Below, in pieces: positions 35,826-45,195 of a stretch of 64,000 nucleotides of DNA. The translations under genes and the position numbers were made by a program. The stretch is from a virus. Position 1 is the first letter of the stretch, and every line of letters begins with the position of its first letter. The notes under the pieces are model-generated. The model was not told where the DNA came from. It was given only the letters and a program-made list of their open reading frames with translations, and ran no database searches. Location: IMG/VR virus record IMGVR_UViG_3300023179_000029, positions 32,001 to 96,000 of that record; one strand, 5' to 3'.

Positions 35826-36664
35826 CGATCTATCTCAACGTTCATAAGTATATGATTACTAGGCAATAAAGTAATTTCGTAATTTTGATTAACCATATGC
35901 CTGTTTCCTAAATCGCCAGAATATTCCCTTCGACCTTTACGATCTAATCCTCTTATAGTCACGGGATTAGTTAATTTTGCTTGATATCTACGAGTTGAAT
36001 TTGCAAAAAATCCATTTTCATCTAATTCAATATTAATAATTAAATCATTATCGTTAACTTTGGGAAACCACCCCATTGTAACTTGGGCAGTCTGCACTTG
36101 TATCATTGCACCAGTTGGAGTTAAAGTGAAAAAATCTTGGGCGGAATCAGGTTGAATCAAATAAGTGACAATTCCCGGCCCATATCCTCTGTATTTAGGA
36201 GCTTGAATCCAAGAGGAATCCGGGGCTTCATCAGCCCTTATTATATTGCCATTTGATGGATCAATCCATTCATCTTCCGATTTTTCTTTTGATACAAAAC
36301 CAGATCCCCAAGAAAAATGATCATTATTTCGGGTTTGACCATAAATGTTGTCAAAATTTGGCGAACGTTCGGCAATATTATTTTCAACGTCATCAATTGT
36401 AAACATTTTTTTAATGATGACTGGTTGACCCATTCTGCGCATTAAATCATAAACTTGTCGCCGTAAGCGTTTAATATCTTGAGGTGCGGATTCTTCACCA
36501 ACGTATTTAGATAAATATAAAAGCTGATCATGAATTTTACTTTTAATGCCAAAATCCATAGCCAAAGAAGACGTAGCGTTGATTAAAGTTTCAACCGATA
36601 CGCCAGCATTTAAATTACCTTCAGTTTGAAGGATTTTTGCTGTATTATCTATATAATTAGTCAT
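35822..36664 (-). CDS. Neck / head-closure protein
   Basis: Between adaptor and tail terminator genes; FPKVNDNDLII..RRY. Confidence 0.55.
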   Translation of the reverse strand: MTNYIDNTAKILQTEGNLNAGVSVETLINATSSLAMDFGIKSKIHDQLLYLSKYVGEESAPQDIKRLRRQVYDLMRRMGQPVIIKKMFTIDDVENNIAERSPNFDNIYGQTRNNDHFSWGSGFVSKEKSEDEWIDPSNGNIIRADEAPDSSWIQAPKYRGYGPGIVTYLIQPDSAQDFFTLTPTGAMIQVQTAQVTMGWFPKVNDNDLIINIELDENGFFANSTRRYQAKLTNPVTIRGLDRKGRREYSGDLGNRHMVNQNYEITLLPSNHILMNVEIDR

Positions 36665-36672
36665 TAGACCCC

Positions 36673-37152
36673 TTAAGTTAGGGTAATGACCAAACTACCG
36701 GCGCTAATATCAAATGTGTCTCCACTGGCCATAGTTACCGGAGCAGACAAGTCGCCAAACCAAAGAAGGTTTCCGCTTGTTAATGCATCCCAAATACCCA
36801 TAGCGACAATTGGCACTGAGGCAGTTGCACCGGAAGTTCCAGCCCAATACCCGCTAGCCGAAAATGATATTTTTCCGTTAGTCACTGGAGTCGATCCGGT
36901 ATTTGATACAATTCCAGTTGTTGTATCAATGGTCCAATAAGGATTACCGCCAGCAGAAGTTGTATAGACTTGAGGGCGGCTATAGCCGCTTCCTTGAACT
37001 TCAACACCATTGGTCATAGTACCATCGCTATTAATAATAGGACTAGTAACAAATAATCCTACGTAGGTTGCTGTATGCCAAGATGGAGTTGGAGCAACTC
37101 CTAGACTTTGTTGAACTAGTCTATTTCTAAGATATGGTGTAATGTTTGCCAT
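36673..37152 (-). CDS. Small phage virion/tail-fibre-type protein
   Basis: YVGLF..P...EV.G.GYSR...ISF...IWDALTSGNLL..GDL...GDTF.I.AGSL, a common phage virion family. Confidence 0.7.
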   Translation of the reverse strand: MANITPYLRNRLVQQSLGVAPTPSWHTATYVGLFVTSPIINSDGTMTNGVEVQGSGYSRPQVYTTSAGGNPYWTIDTTTGIVSNTGSTPVTNGKISFSASGYWAGTSGATASVPIVAMGIWDALTSGNLLWFGDLSAPVTMASGDTFDISAGSLVITLT

Positions 37153-37185
37153 CGTATATTAAGGTGTCGTAATTTATGATTAATA

Positions 37186-38085
37186 CTACCAATAACCGCG
37201 TCCAACAGACCTTGCACGCATTGGCGCAGGAATAAGACGACCGGCTTTTGCAGAAACAAGAAGCTTGCTGTGGCCAAGTTGAAGAAACCCGCGTTTATAA
37301 AGAGCTACCCAACGGTCATATTGAGCTTTTTCAAGAGTATGCATTGTCTCCCAGCGTTGAAGATAATCGCGACGATCTTGAAAGGCAACTTGCGCACCAG
37401 TGGGCATGGGTTGTTCAACGTATGAACGCATAATGTGACGAAGGGCTTGAATAAATACCCCTTGCACAAGAAGAGGATAATTATTTGTTACCGTGTAAGT
37501 CGCAGGAGTCGCCCCGTCAGAATGAACGAAATCTGCAATTCCAAGATTGGTTGGAGGATTTTGATAATTAATATCAAAAAGAGCATCGTTAATAAACTTT
37601 TCCATTTTTTCTTCACGGAAAAAATTCATTGTTACATCTTGTAACCAAGGCCCTTCATGCTCGGCATCAAAACAATCTTCTAATTTAGTCCAAACGCCAT
37701 CAGCCACAACCCGAACGGGGGAATCAACAATTTCAAATGGATCAAAAATTTCAAAATCCACTCTAGTTGATTTCGAAGTTCCGTCTATTAATTCAAATGT
37801 TGCTACACCAATATGGTGCCCTAATTGCGGAACCTCGGTAATCCCATTAGTTTGATAATCACTGGGTTCAAAAATTAATAAACCGGTCCCATTTTCAAGC
37901 ACCTCTCCTTGAATTGGATTTCCATTATTAGACCTTGTTTTATCCGGATATTGAATAACAAATGAAACGGAGCCAAGGTCTTCGTAAGAATGAGGTTGGT
38001 CATTCTCGTCATAAGGACGAGCGATAAGGCGAACGGAATCGCCTAAAGCAACAATTTTTAATTGACTGTCAAATCCAAGGCTCAT
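37186..38085 (-). CDS. Head-to-tail adaptor
   Basis: LRHIMRSYVEQP...DRRDYLQRW; neck-module position; ATG 38085 preferred to TTG 38106. Confidence 0.65.
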   Translation of the reverse strand: MSLGFDSQLKIVALGDSVRLIARPYDENDQPHSYEDLGSVSFVIQYPDKTRSNNGNPIQGEVLENGTGLLIFEPSDYQTNGITEVPQLGHHIGVATFELIDGTSKSTRVDFEIFDPFEIVDSPVRVVADGVWTKLEDCFDAEHEGPWLQDVTMNFFREEKMEKFINDALFDINYQNPPTNLGIADFVHSDGATPATYTVTNNYPLLVQGVFIQALRHIMRSYVEQPMPTGAQVAFQDRRDYLQRWETMHTLEKAQYDRWVALYKRGFLQLGHSKLLVSAKAGRLIPAPMRARSVGRGYW

Positions 38086-38120
38086 GCATTTATTAACTGT
38101 TGGCAATAAATGATCTTAAA

Positions 38121-38146
38121 ATAAAAGGGCCGCACAAGGCGGCCCT
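38121..38146 (-). terminator. Intrinsic terminator (minus strand)
   Basis: AGGGCCGC-acaag-GCGGCCCT stem (38126-38146) followed by a U-tract on the minus strand. Confidence 0.8.
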
Positions 38147-38168
38147 AATACTTTAAATTCAAATAAAA

Positions 38169-38486
38169 TTACTTATCTGAATCGTCAGCAGCAGGCTCGT
38201 CAGCGGGGGCCTCTTCGGCCTTAGCGGCGGCTTTCTTTGTTGACTTCTTGGGAGCGGCCTTCTTGACCTCTTCCTTAACGGTTTCAACAACTTCTTCAGT
38301 CTTGTCAACAACGGTTTCAACGGCTGACTGCGCAACCTCTACCGAATCAGTTGCAAGACTCTTAAGAGCCTCAACGACTTCCTGAAGTTCCGCCTCTGCT
38401 TTTGCAAGGCTGGACTTGAAATGTGCAATAGTGGATGTAAGAGTCCACTCGCGTAGCTCTAGATCCCTTTGATTATTTTCGCTCAT
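38169..38486 (-). CDS. Hypothetical coiled-coil protein with K/A-rich tail
   Basis: 105 aa; AAAGGA RBS; biased codons. Confidence 0.75.
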   Translation of the reverse strand: MSENNQRDLELREWTLTSTIAHFKSSLAKAEAELQEVVEALKSLATDSVEVAQSAVETVVDKTEEVVETVKEEVKKAAPKKSTKKAAAKAEEAPADEPAADDSDK

Positions 38487-38499
38487 ATTTTTCCTTTAT

Positions 38500-39108
38500 T
38501 TATTCGCGCTCGCTGATTGGAGGCAGCGGAGCGATAGAAATGGGCTTCCCATATTCATCTAGCGAACTACCCGGAACATTAGCCCTTGCTGGCTGAACGC
38601 TGCGAGTAACTTCGATAGACTTTTCTTCATTGTTTCTACCAGAAACTTCGTTTAGCTGACCAATGGTGATACTAATATCTTCATTGGACGGAGTAAGTCC
38701 GGTGAACTCTCCTTTATTACCAAGAGGATCAGTAAGAATATCCTCTGGGCGAGGCGTTGCAAGCGATGATGCATTAGTCATCTGCTTCTCACGGATCTTG
38801 GTTGCGTCAGCTGCGGAAATGACCTCATAAAGAGTTCCAAGGTTATCAAGGAAAATTGGGTCATCCAATTCTTCTTTACTGATAGCGGCCATATCATTTC
38901 TTTGACCGCGAGCGTTTAACTGAATTCTGCGACCAGAATCGAATGTTACGCGAACGTCAACGCCGCGAACATTACGAACATACTTGGTAGTAGATGTGGA
39001 CTTCTTTGGTGCAGGCTTAGCCTTGGTCGCTGTGCGCTTAGCGGGAATCGCCTTTGCGCCAGCAGGCTCTGCACCCTGTCCATTAGGGGTTAACTTCTTA
39101 GGTGGCAT
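38500..39108 (-). CDS. Hypothetical head-module protein
   Basis: 202 aa; basic P/A/K-rich N-terminus, KYVRNVRG. Confidence 0.75.
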   Translation of the reverse strand: MPPKKLTPNGQGAEPAGAKAIPAKRTATKAKPAPKKSTSTTKYVRNVRGVDVRVTFDSGRRIQLNARGQRNDMAAISKEELDDPIFLDNLGTLYEVISAADATKIREKQMTNASSLATPRPEDILTDPLGNKGEFTGLTPSNEDISITIGQLNEVSGRNNEEKSIEVTRSVQPARANVPGSSLDEYGKPISIAPLPPISERE

Positions 39109-39136
39109 AATAAATTCTCTCTTTCTATAACAATAT

Positions 39137-39342
39137 AATACTTAACTTGATACTACAAACGAGACTTGCCACTGATTAACGATGGGAATCGAACATGTAA
39201 ATAGTAAGCCGAAAGGACGCTTGATAAACAGGATACTGTCTGGTATAGTATCTGCACAAGCCGACGTTCGGCTTTTTATTTATAAACGAACAAAGGAGAA
39301 TATTCCACTGGTCTCACTCAGCCCGTTAAGTAGTTAAGTATT
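39137..39342 (+). ncRNA. Candidate rod-like structured RNA / attenuator
   Basis: Five or six nested stems about one axis, with several G-U pairs on the + strand (details in findings). Confidence 0.5.
39221..39249 (+). promoter_or_regulatory. Sigma-70-type promoter
   Basis: TTGATA-N17-TATAGT with a TG extension. Confidence 0.6.
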
Positions 39343-39392
39343 GGGCTTGCGAAGTCAATGTAGGACAAATGAGTGTGTTCCAAGGAAATTTT

Positions 39393-40046
39393 ATGTTTAA
39401 TAACAAAATGCTCATATTAGTTGCATTTATTGCGACTATGGCACTTATTGCCATTTGTCCATCAAATGCAAATGCGGAAATTTCGCAACCAAACAAAAAC
39501 GTTATTCAATTGTTTGACAATAATGGCGGAGTTATTCCAGAACAAAAACCGCCAACTCCAATTGAAAAATGGACTGGCAAAGTAAAAATTGCCGGGATTA
39601 CCAAGAAAGTAAACACAGACAATGCTTCTAAACCCATTGTAGAGGGTTCTAAGGCAATTGTTTATAATGGCATGGCATATGCTCCCAAAACCGCTCCTAA
39701 AATTGTACAAGCGGTTATTTGGGCCGGAAATCAAATTCGTAACCTTCCTTATTTATGGGGAGGCGGTCATGCATCATTCAAAGCATCAGGATACGATTGC
39801 TCTGGATCTGTTTCATATGCTCTTTATGGCGCTAAATTAATTAAATCGCCAATGGCATCAGGTGGGTATTATTCATGGGGCGAATCTGGTCCCGGAAAAT
39901 GGATTACTATCTATACAAATAGTGGCCACATGTATATGCATATAGCTGGAATTAGATTTGATACATCAGGAGCCAATCCTTCAAGATGGCAATCTGATTT
40001 AAGGCCTAGCTCTTCATATGCGCTTAGGCATCCAAAGAACTTGTAA
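39393..40046 (+). CDS. Secreted NlpC/P60 peptidoglycan endopeptidase
   Basis: Signal peptide ending ANA-E; PYLWGGGH, GYDCSGSVSYAL, TNSGHMY; ATG 39393 after AAGGA. Confidence 0.88.
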   Translation: MFNNKMLILVAFIATMALIAICPSNANAEISQPNKNVIQLFDNNGGVIPEQKPPTPIEKWTGKVKIAGITKKVNTDNASKPIVEGSKAIVYNGMAYAPKTAPKIVQAVIWAGNQIRNLPYLWGGGHASFKASGYDCSGSVSYALYGAKLIKSPMASGGYYSWGESGPGKWITIYTNSGHMYMHIAGIRFDTSGANPSRWQSDLRPSSSYALRHPKNL

Positions 40047-40070
40047 AGTTTGCATTAAATTAAGCAAATA

Positions 40071-40098
40071 AAAAGGCCCCCATTGCTGGGGGCCTTTT
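40071..40098. terminator. Bidirectional intrinsic terminator
   Basis: AAAAGGCCCCCA-ttgc-TGGGGGCCTTTT between the convergent NlpC/P60 and capsid genes. Confidence 0.92.
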
Positions 40099-40121
40099 CT
40101 TTACCCAAAGGTAAGCTAGGA

Positions 40122-41183
40122 TCAGGCAAGGCCTGAGATGTCGAGCTTGGTTGGGGTGAATGGTACAGAACCATTCTTGACGATTCGTGAGAGGCCACGG
40201 GCGTTAAGGATAAGCATACCAACAAGCTCGTCCATGACCCATCCCTTCCAGAATGTCTCAACGGAGTGGTTCTCCTCAACGTCAAGTGAGTACATGACGG
40301 GGAATACACCGACGTAATCAGGCTCAGCGGTAAGGAAGATCTCGCCCTGTGGGACGATGATCGAACGCTGGATCTGGAATTCACCGAATGTGGTGATCTT
40401 CTCTCCACCGAATACCTTATCCTTGAACTCAAAGCCAGTTACGTTGAGATCCCAGTTGTAGAAGTCACGGGCGTCCGCAGGGTGAATGAGGATGCGACGT
40501 GCCTCTAGCTGGTTGGTCTCAATCTGTGCGACAGCGTTGTAGAAGTCGCTAGGCTCTAGTGGGTTGCCAGAACCGATGACAACAGTCTGCTCCTTGTTAG
40601 AAGCGGCCTGTGCGGCGTCACCAGCGGTCTGAACACCACCAGTTGGGGCGGTACCAACGGTACCATTTGTACGAGCGGTTGCAAGCTCCGAAATAGCAGC
40701 CTCAAGAAGAAGGATAAGACGGGCGTCTTCCTGCTTCTGGATGGCCTGACGGCTCTCGTCCTGAGCGTACTCTACCGCGTTTACACGGAGGTAGTATAGA
40801 TCTTCCTTACGGATACGAGGGAACGTAGCGATACGGAAGAGCTGAGGGAAGGCCTGCTTGCCCTCAAATGGGGTGATCTTAACTTCCGAGTCGGTCTGGT
40901 TAAGGATATAAGCCCTACCCAGATCGTCAAGGATGTCGTAAGGCATGAGGGGACCGCGCTCTAGAGTGTCCTCAATAAGAACATTACGAGTAATGCCCTC
41001 ATAACGAAGACGAATCTGGATTGGACCAATCATACCCTGACCGATGCGGCGCATAGCGTTAGAAGAATCCTTAAGGATCGACTGTAGCTTCTGAGCCTTG
41101 GCCTCCTTACTGAGCTTAGGATCGTCAGCAAGCTTTGCTTCGTAGTCGGCTGATGAAATAGCCTTGCGTGATGTTAGTTCCAT
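40122..41183 (-). CDS. Major capsid protein (Bxz1/cluster C-like)
   Basis: GQGMIGPIQIRLRYEGITRNVLIED...YDILDDLG.AY...ITPFEGK..LFRIATFP.I.KEDLYYLR recalls cluster C capsids; strongest codon bias in the window; start 41183 or 41192. Confidence 0.9.
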   Translation of the reverse strand: MELTSRKAISSADYEAKLADDPKLSKEAKAQKLQSILKDSSNAMRRIGQGMIGPIQIRLRYEGITRNVLIEDTLERGPLMPYDILDDLGRAYILNQTDSEVKITPFEGKQAFPQLFRIATFPRIRKEDLYYLRVNAVEYAQDESRQAIQKQEDARLILLLEAAISELATARTNGTVGTAPTGGVQTAGDAAQAASNKEQTVVIGSGNPLEPSDFYNAVAQIETNQLEARRILIHPADARDFYNWDLNVTGFEFKDKVFGGEKITTFGEFQIQRSIIVPQGEIFLTAEPDYVGVFPVMYSLDVEENHSVETFWKGWVMDELVGMLILNARGLSRIVKNGSVPFTPTKLDISGLA

Positions 41184-41202
41184 ATTAATCATGTTCCTTT
41201 CT

Positions 41203-41808
41203 TTATACCAGTAGGTCCACGACAATACGTGAGGCACTAACGCGCTCAACTAGACGGGCAACGGGCTTTTTGTTTGATGGCGCTGATGAAAGCGCAACAA
41301 GGCGACCATCAGGACCACCATAAAGCAGAACATCCGTACCCGGAGCGGTCGCTGCTGTAATGGCGGCAGTTAGTGACTGAGCGCCTGTAATTGAGCTACC
41401 ATCTAATAGCGTTCCGGCGTCGTTAAACGCAGGGGCGAGGATCTCAAATACGGAGTCAGGACCGCGCCAAACGCCGACTTCATTCTGTAGTGAATCGCCA
41501 GAAAAACCTTCATCAAGGTCTCCGCCAACAAAGTTAGCAAGAAGGCCAAATGCTGGTTCAGTAGCTACATCTGAGTTAGCAGCAGTAGCAGTTACAGCGA
41601 CTTGTTCCGTACCCTTAAGGCGAGTTACCACCATGCCGGGCATAAGTCCATTCTGAAGTTTCGCTGCCGCACTGGGCAATGAAAGAACACCAGATGAACG
41701 ATAAGAGTCAGAAAGCTTAGCAGCATACGGCGTAGCCTGAGTATTGGCATATAAAGGCCGACAAGTGCGCTTCTGATACTTATTAGCTAGATTCTTTAGT
41801 CTTAGCAT
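41203..41808 (-). CDS. Capsid decoration / minor capsid protein
   Basis: Between protease and capsid genes; QKRTCRPLYANTQATPYA..PGMV..FGL.ANFV..DE. Confidence 0.7.
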   Translation of the reverse strand: MLRLKNLANKYQKRTCRPLYANTQATPYAAKLSDSYRSSGVLSLPSAAAKLQNGLMPGMVVTRLKGTEQVAVTATAANSDVATEPAFGLLANFVGGDLDEGFSGDSLQNEVGVWRGPDSVFEILAPAFNDAGTLLDGSSITGAQSLTAAITAATAPGTDVLLYGGPDGRLVALSSAPSNKKPVARLVERVSASRIVVDLLV

Positions 41809-41920
41809 ATTAGTTTCCTATTTTTGTCTTTTGATTTAGTTTCACGCCTTGTGGGCGCTACGCCGTTTCAATTGTTTTTTGACGGCGGATTGTAAAAATA
41901 AAGTAATATTCTCTTATTTT

Positions 41921-44900
41921 TTACATAAACAGAGCAGAATCATCAGAATCTGCCTGAGTTGTTGCGGGAGCAGTACTTGCCTCCCTAACTAGAGACGGGA
42001 GTCTCTTAGCTGTCCGCGCCGACTTCTTGAGGCCCGCTGTCTTAACGCGATTAGCGTAAGCTAGCGAAGCTTCAACAACTGAAGGCGCTGCCTTTTCAAG
42101 CTCAGCAACTCTTGCATACTTCTGTGAAGCGTCAAGAATGCCTAGCTCAATCTCAGTGTCAGCAAGTTTAAATGCTGTCATAAGATGCGAGGACTTGTCA
42201 CCAAAGGCGTAATCCTTATCAGATACGTCAGTTGGATGATTTTCCTTACTGTTCTGATGCTCGTAGAAAGCTTCATTTTTTGGATCTACGGGATCAGCTT
42301 GACGAGTAACACCATTACCCTCGGTGCCAGTCCAAGTCTTAGTTGGGCCGGAATCCTCAGTGGTCTTGGTATGAGCATCGCCATGTGAGACTTCGATACG
42401 CTCGTCGGGGTTACCAACGGGATCGGCAGGACGAGTACCCTTAACATCAGAGACAACCCAAGTCGAAGACTTAGTTGCGGGTAGTTCGTGATGTTTAATA
42501 GGGGTAAAACTATCTGAATTAAATACCTGATAGGTACTTACGTCAGTTACAGGATCCTGCTGACCAAGTGAATCGCCCTCATTGCCATGCCAAGTATCCG
42601 TATGGATAGCTTCGATGTTCTTTGAATGCTCATCACCTTGCGTAACTTCTACTGTCTTTTCATCGCCAGTACCAACGCCAGATACGCCACCGATATCGGT
42701 AAGGTTAACCTGAGCGTCAGCCTTGGATGCCCCTGCATTAGAGGCTTCACCAACGCCACCTACACCCTCAACATCGGTATGATGATCGGGCTTGGCAACT
42801 GCTGGTGCGCTTGTTTCTGCGTCAGCGATATGTGTTTCCATGTTGTTCCTTTTTCTGTTACCAGCAGCCGCAAGGAAATCCGATGCGGTGCGAACTGATG
42901 ATGTGACGGGTTCCTTTTGGTCCTTCACAACATAGTCTTTCGGTTCATTCGACGCTGGTGGCGTCTGGACCGGAAGTATTGGTTTTTCAATTTTGTTGAT
43001 TTGTGCAGTCTTTTCGTTGGAAATAGTCCAGCCGGTATCTGTTACATGAGCGACTGTATTTAAATTATTAGTATCAACATCAATATTTGATAGAGCTTCT
43101 TCGGGAGCGCTTTCCTGTTCCTCTAATTTATCGTGCTCCTTAGCAGCGGTCAGATCTGGATCACCAAAGCCCTTAGGCTCTTTTTCGTATCCACAAACAT
43201 CGCACTGAGGACCGTCCATAATTTCACCACAAATGTCGCAAACTTCATCTTCGCGTAGCGTATCTACTTCTTCAGGTGCGCGAGTTTTAGTAAATTGCGG
43301 CTTATCGACATCGCCAGCTTCTTTTTTATTCTTTTTCTTGTTCATAGTGGCGTAAAAGACTTCCTTGCCCTTTTCTTCGCCATACTGATCAATCATTGAG
43401 TCGTAAGCCTTCTTAGCAGCACCTGTGCCGCCAAAATATTTGTCATACTCGCTGATTGGAGCAAATTTATTCATAGCAGTAACTGCGTTTTGTCCACTTT
43501 GTCGAAAATAATTAATTAATTCAGAAGGTTCTTGTAAGTATTGTTGAACAACTTTTCTAACCTGACCAGATTGTGCATACTCTGGCGGATAATATTCTAA
43601 ATACTTTTGTGCTAATTGAGGAACAATTTGTTCCAAATTTTGAGTTTGACCTTGAAGCTGGGATTGAATAAATTCGATCAAACCTTTAGTGATATTACCT
43701 TCATATTCTGTGCCGCCACCAATTGCAGGGCTGACTCTGTCAATACTATTATGTTGCGTAGAAGCTTCCTTTGCTGTGCTTGTATTTGGTTGAACAAAAG
43801 TTCCCTGATCTTGCGCTTGTTGATTTTGATTGCTTTGAATATAGTCAGACCAAACCTTGGCACCTTCATTGGCAAGATTTTGAAGTTCTTGATCGTATCC
43901 ACCTGCAAAATATTGATTAGGTTGAGTCATCTTTTTGTAATCCAAAATCCATTCTGGCAAATTTGGAAACTCATTTTTAATTAAATCACTAAGGATATAT
44001 GGGAAATTTTCTTGCTGAGGTTGATACGTAGCAGGCATTTGCATTTTTTCAGCAGCCAACTGGACGACTCTTTCATAAAATTTGTTTCTTTGCACTCCTA
44101 AATCTTTATAACGCTGTTGCATTTCATATGGATCATTGCTTGGATCGGTGATCGTGCTAACATCGGCAGTTTTATTCATAGAAGCTTCCTTTACATTAGA
44201 GCGTACTTCGCGGATAAGAGCGGTCTCATCGGCGGGATCAAATACTGCTGAAATCTCAAAGAACTTAATGCCGTAGCAATCCTCATATGACTTCTTTGAA
44301 GTCTTGTGGCCATTCTCATCGATGTAATCAAAATAAGCCCCCTTCATTTTGACATGATTACAAAACTCGTCAGGAGTAGTAGCAGAGTTCTTGCAAATAT
44401 TGCAAACAGAGCGCTCTACGTCGCAGCCCATTGAGAATCCATCAATGCCATTCTTTGCATTACGAGAACCATCGATAATGGCTTTTGCAAGCTTGGGGAA
44501 TGACTTGGCATCAACTTCAAGAAGAAGCTCAACCCAAGTTGGAGGAGTGTGATTAGCTGGAGCATCACGATAATAAGAATCTTTTTGAGCAGCAGTCTTG
44601 TGATCGTCAACATGAAGCTTGGCGTCGACAATAACCCCACGCGCACGGGAAGGATCAGAGTTATGATGATCTACGAAAATTGGCTTGCCAAGAAAAGTAG
44701 AGAAACCATACTCTGCATCTTTAGAAGCTTCAACAGTAAAACCACCTGTGCTAGAAGTGTGGTGATCAAAGATATCTTGGCTGCCCGCAAGTTCTACAGA
44801 GGGCCAGCCATCGTGATTTTTGTTTACACGGGAAGAGATGGCACGAATACGAGCATAAAGATAACCGTCTTGTGTACGGTAATCTTCAAAAGAGCTAATC

Positions 44901-44992
44901 TTAGCAAGAGATGCAGAGGTGTCTCGCTCTGGCGAACCCTTAACGTCTAAGATTTTGCTAACCTCTAAAGAGGCGTATTTTGTAAATGCCAT
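41921..44992 (-). CDS. Prohead protease fused to a long scaffold-like region
   Basis: GKPIFVDHH (His), GFSMGC (Ser), CNIC..C.H, FFEISAVFDPAD; ~750-aa low-complexity C-terminal region. Confidence 0.85.
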   Translation of the reverse strand: MAFTKYASLEVSKILDVKGSPERDTSASLAKISSFEDYRTQDGYLYARIRAISSRVNKNHDGWPSVELAGSQDIFDHHTSSTGGFTVEASKDAEYGFSTFLGKPIFVDHHNSDPSRARGVIVDAKLHVDDHKTAAQKDSYYRDAPANHTPPTWVELLLEVDAKSFPKLAKAIIDGSRNAKNGIDGFSMGCDVERSVCNICKNSATTPDEFCNHVKMKGAYFDYIDENGHKTSKKSYEDCYGIKFFEISAVFDPADETALIREVRSNVKEASMNKTADVSTITDPSNDPYEMQQRYKDLGVQRNKFYERVVQLAAEKMQMPATYQPQQENFPYILSDLIKNEFPNLPEWILDYKKMTQPNQYFAGGYDQELQNLANEGAKVWSDYIQSNQNQQAQDQGTFVQPNTSTAKEASTQHNSIDRVSPAIGGGTEYEGNITKGLIEFIQSQLQGQTQNLEQIVPQLAQKYLEYYPPEYAQSGQVRKVVQQYLQEPSELINYFRQSGQNAVTAMNKFAPISEYDKYFGGTGAAKKAYDSMIDQYGEEKGKEVFYATMNKKKNKKEAGDVDKPQFTKTRAPEEVDTLREDEVCDICGEIMDGPQCDVCGYEKEPKGFGDPDLTAAKEHDKLEEQESAPEEALSNIDVDTNNLNTVAHVTDTGWTISNEKTAQINKIEKPILPVQTPPASNEPKDYVVKDQKEPVTSSVRTASDFLAAAGNRKRNNMETHIADAETSAPAVAKPDHHTDVEGVGGVGEASNAGASKADAQVNLTDIGGVSGVGTGDEKTVEVTQGDEHSKNIEAIHTDTWHGNEGDSLGQQDPVTDVSTYQVFNSDSFTPIKHHELPATKSSTWVVSDVKGTRPADPVGNPDERIEVSHGDAHTKTTEDSGPTKTWTGTEGNGVTRQADPVDPKNEAFYEHQNSKENHPTDVSDKDYAFGDKSSHLMTAFKLADTEIELGILDASQKYARVAELEKAAPSVVEASLAYANRVKTAGLKKSARTAKRLPSLVREASTAPATTQADSDDSALFM

Positions 44993-45021
44993 ATCGCCTC
45001 TTAAGTGTGGGATAAACTAAA

Positions 45022-45192
45022 TTATTTAGTTAAAATGTCCCGAATTGACTTTTCAGCGTCATAAGTTAGCGATTTAAAAGTGGCTTTGCAACCCTTTTCT
45101 TGACGCTCGGGAAGACCCCAAGATTCAATTAAACCTAGAACTCTGCCACGAAGAGTATTAAACTCTTTGATAATAATTTCTTCGTCGCCCAT
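45022..45192 (-). CDS. 56-aa hypothetical protein (below the ORF-track cutoff)
   Basis: MGDEEIIIKEFNTLRGRVLGLIESWGLPERQEKGCKATFKSLTYDAEKSIRDILTK; ATG 3 nt after the upstream stop; fills the gap. Confidence 0.7.
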   Translation of the reverse strand: MGDEEIIIKEFNTLRGRVLGLIESWGLPERQEKGCKATFKSLTYDAEKSIRDILTK

Positions 45193-45195
45193 TTA

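Noticed and set aside
39200-39225. c-di-GMP-I riboswitch (GCC-GAAA-GGACGC resemblance)
   Set aside because: Lacks the full P1/P2 consensus and tetraloop receptor; the bases are better explained by the rod pairing.
41843-41887. Two small hairpins in the leader of the decoration/capsid genes
   Set aside because: Stems of only 4-6 bp; not enough to claim a regulatory RNA.
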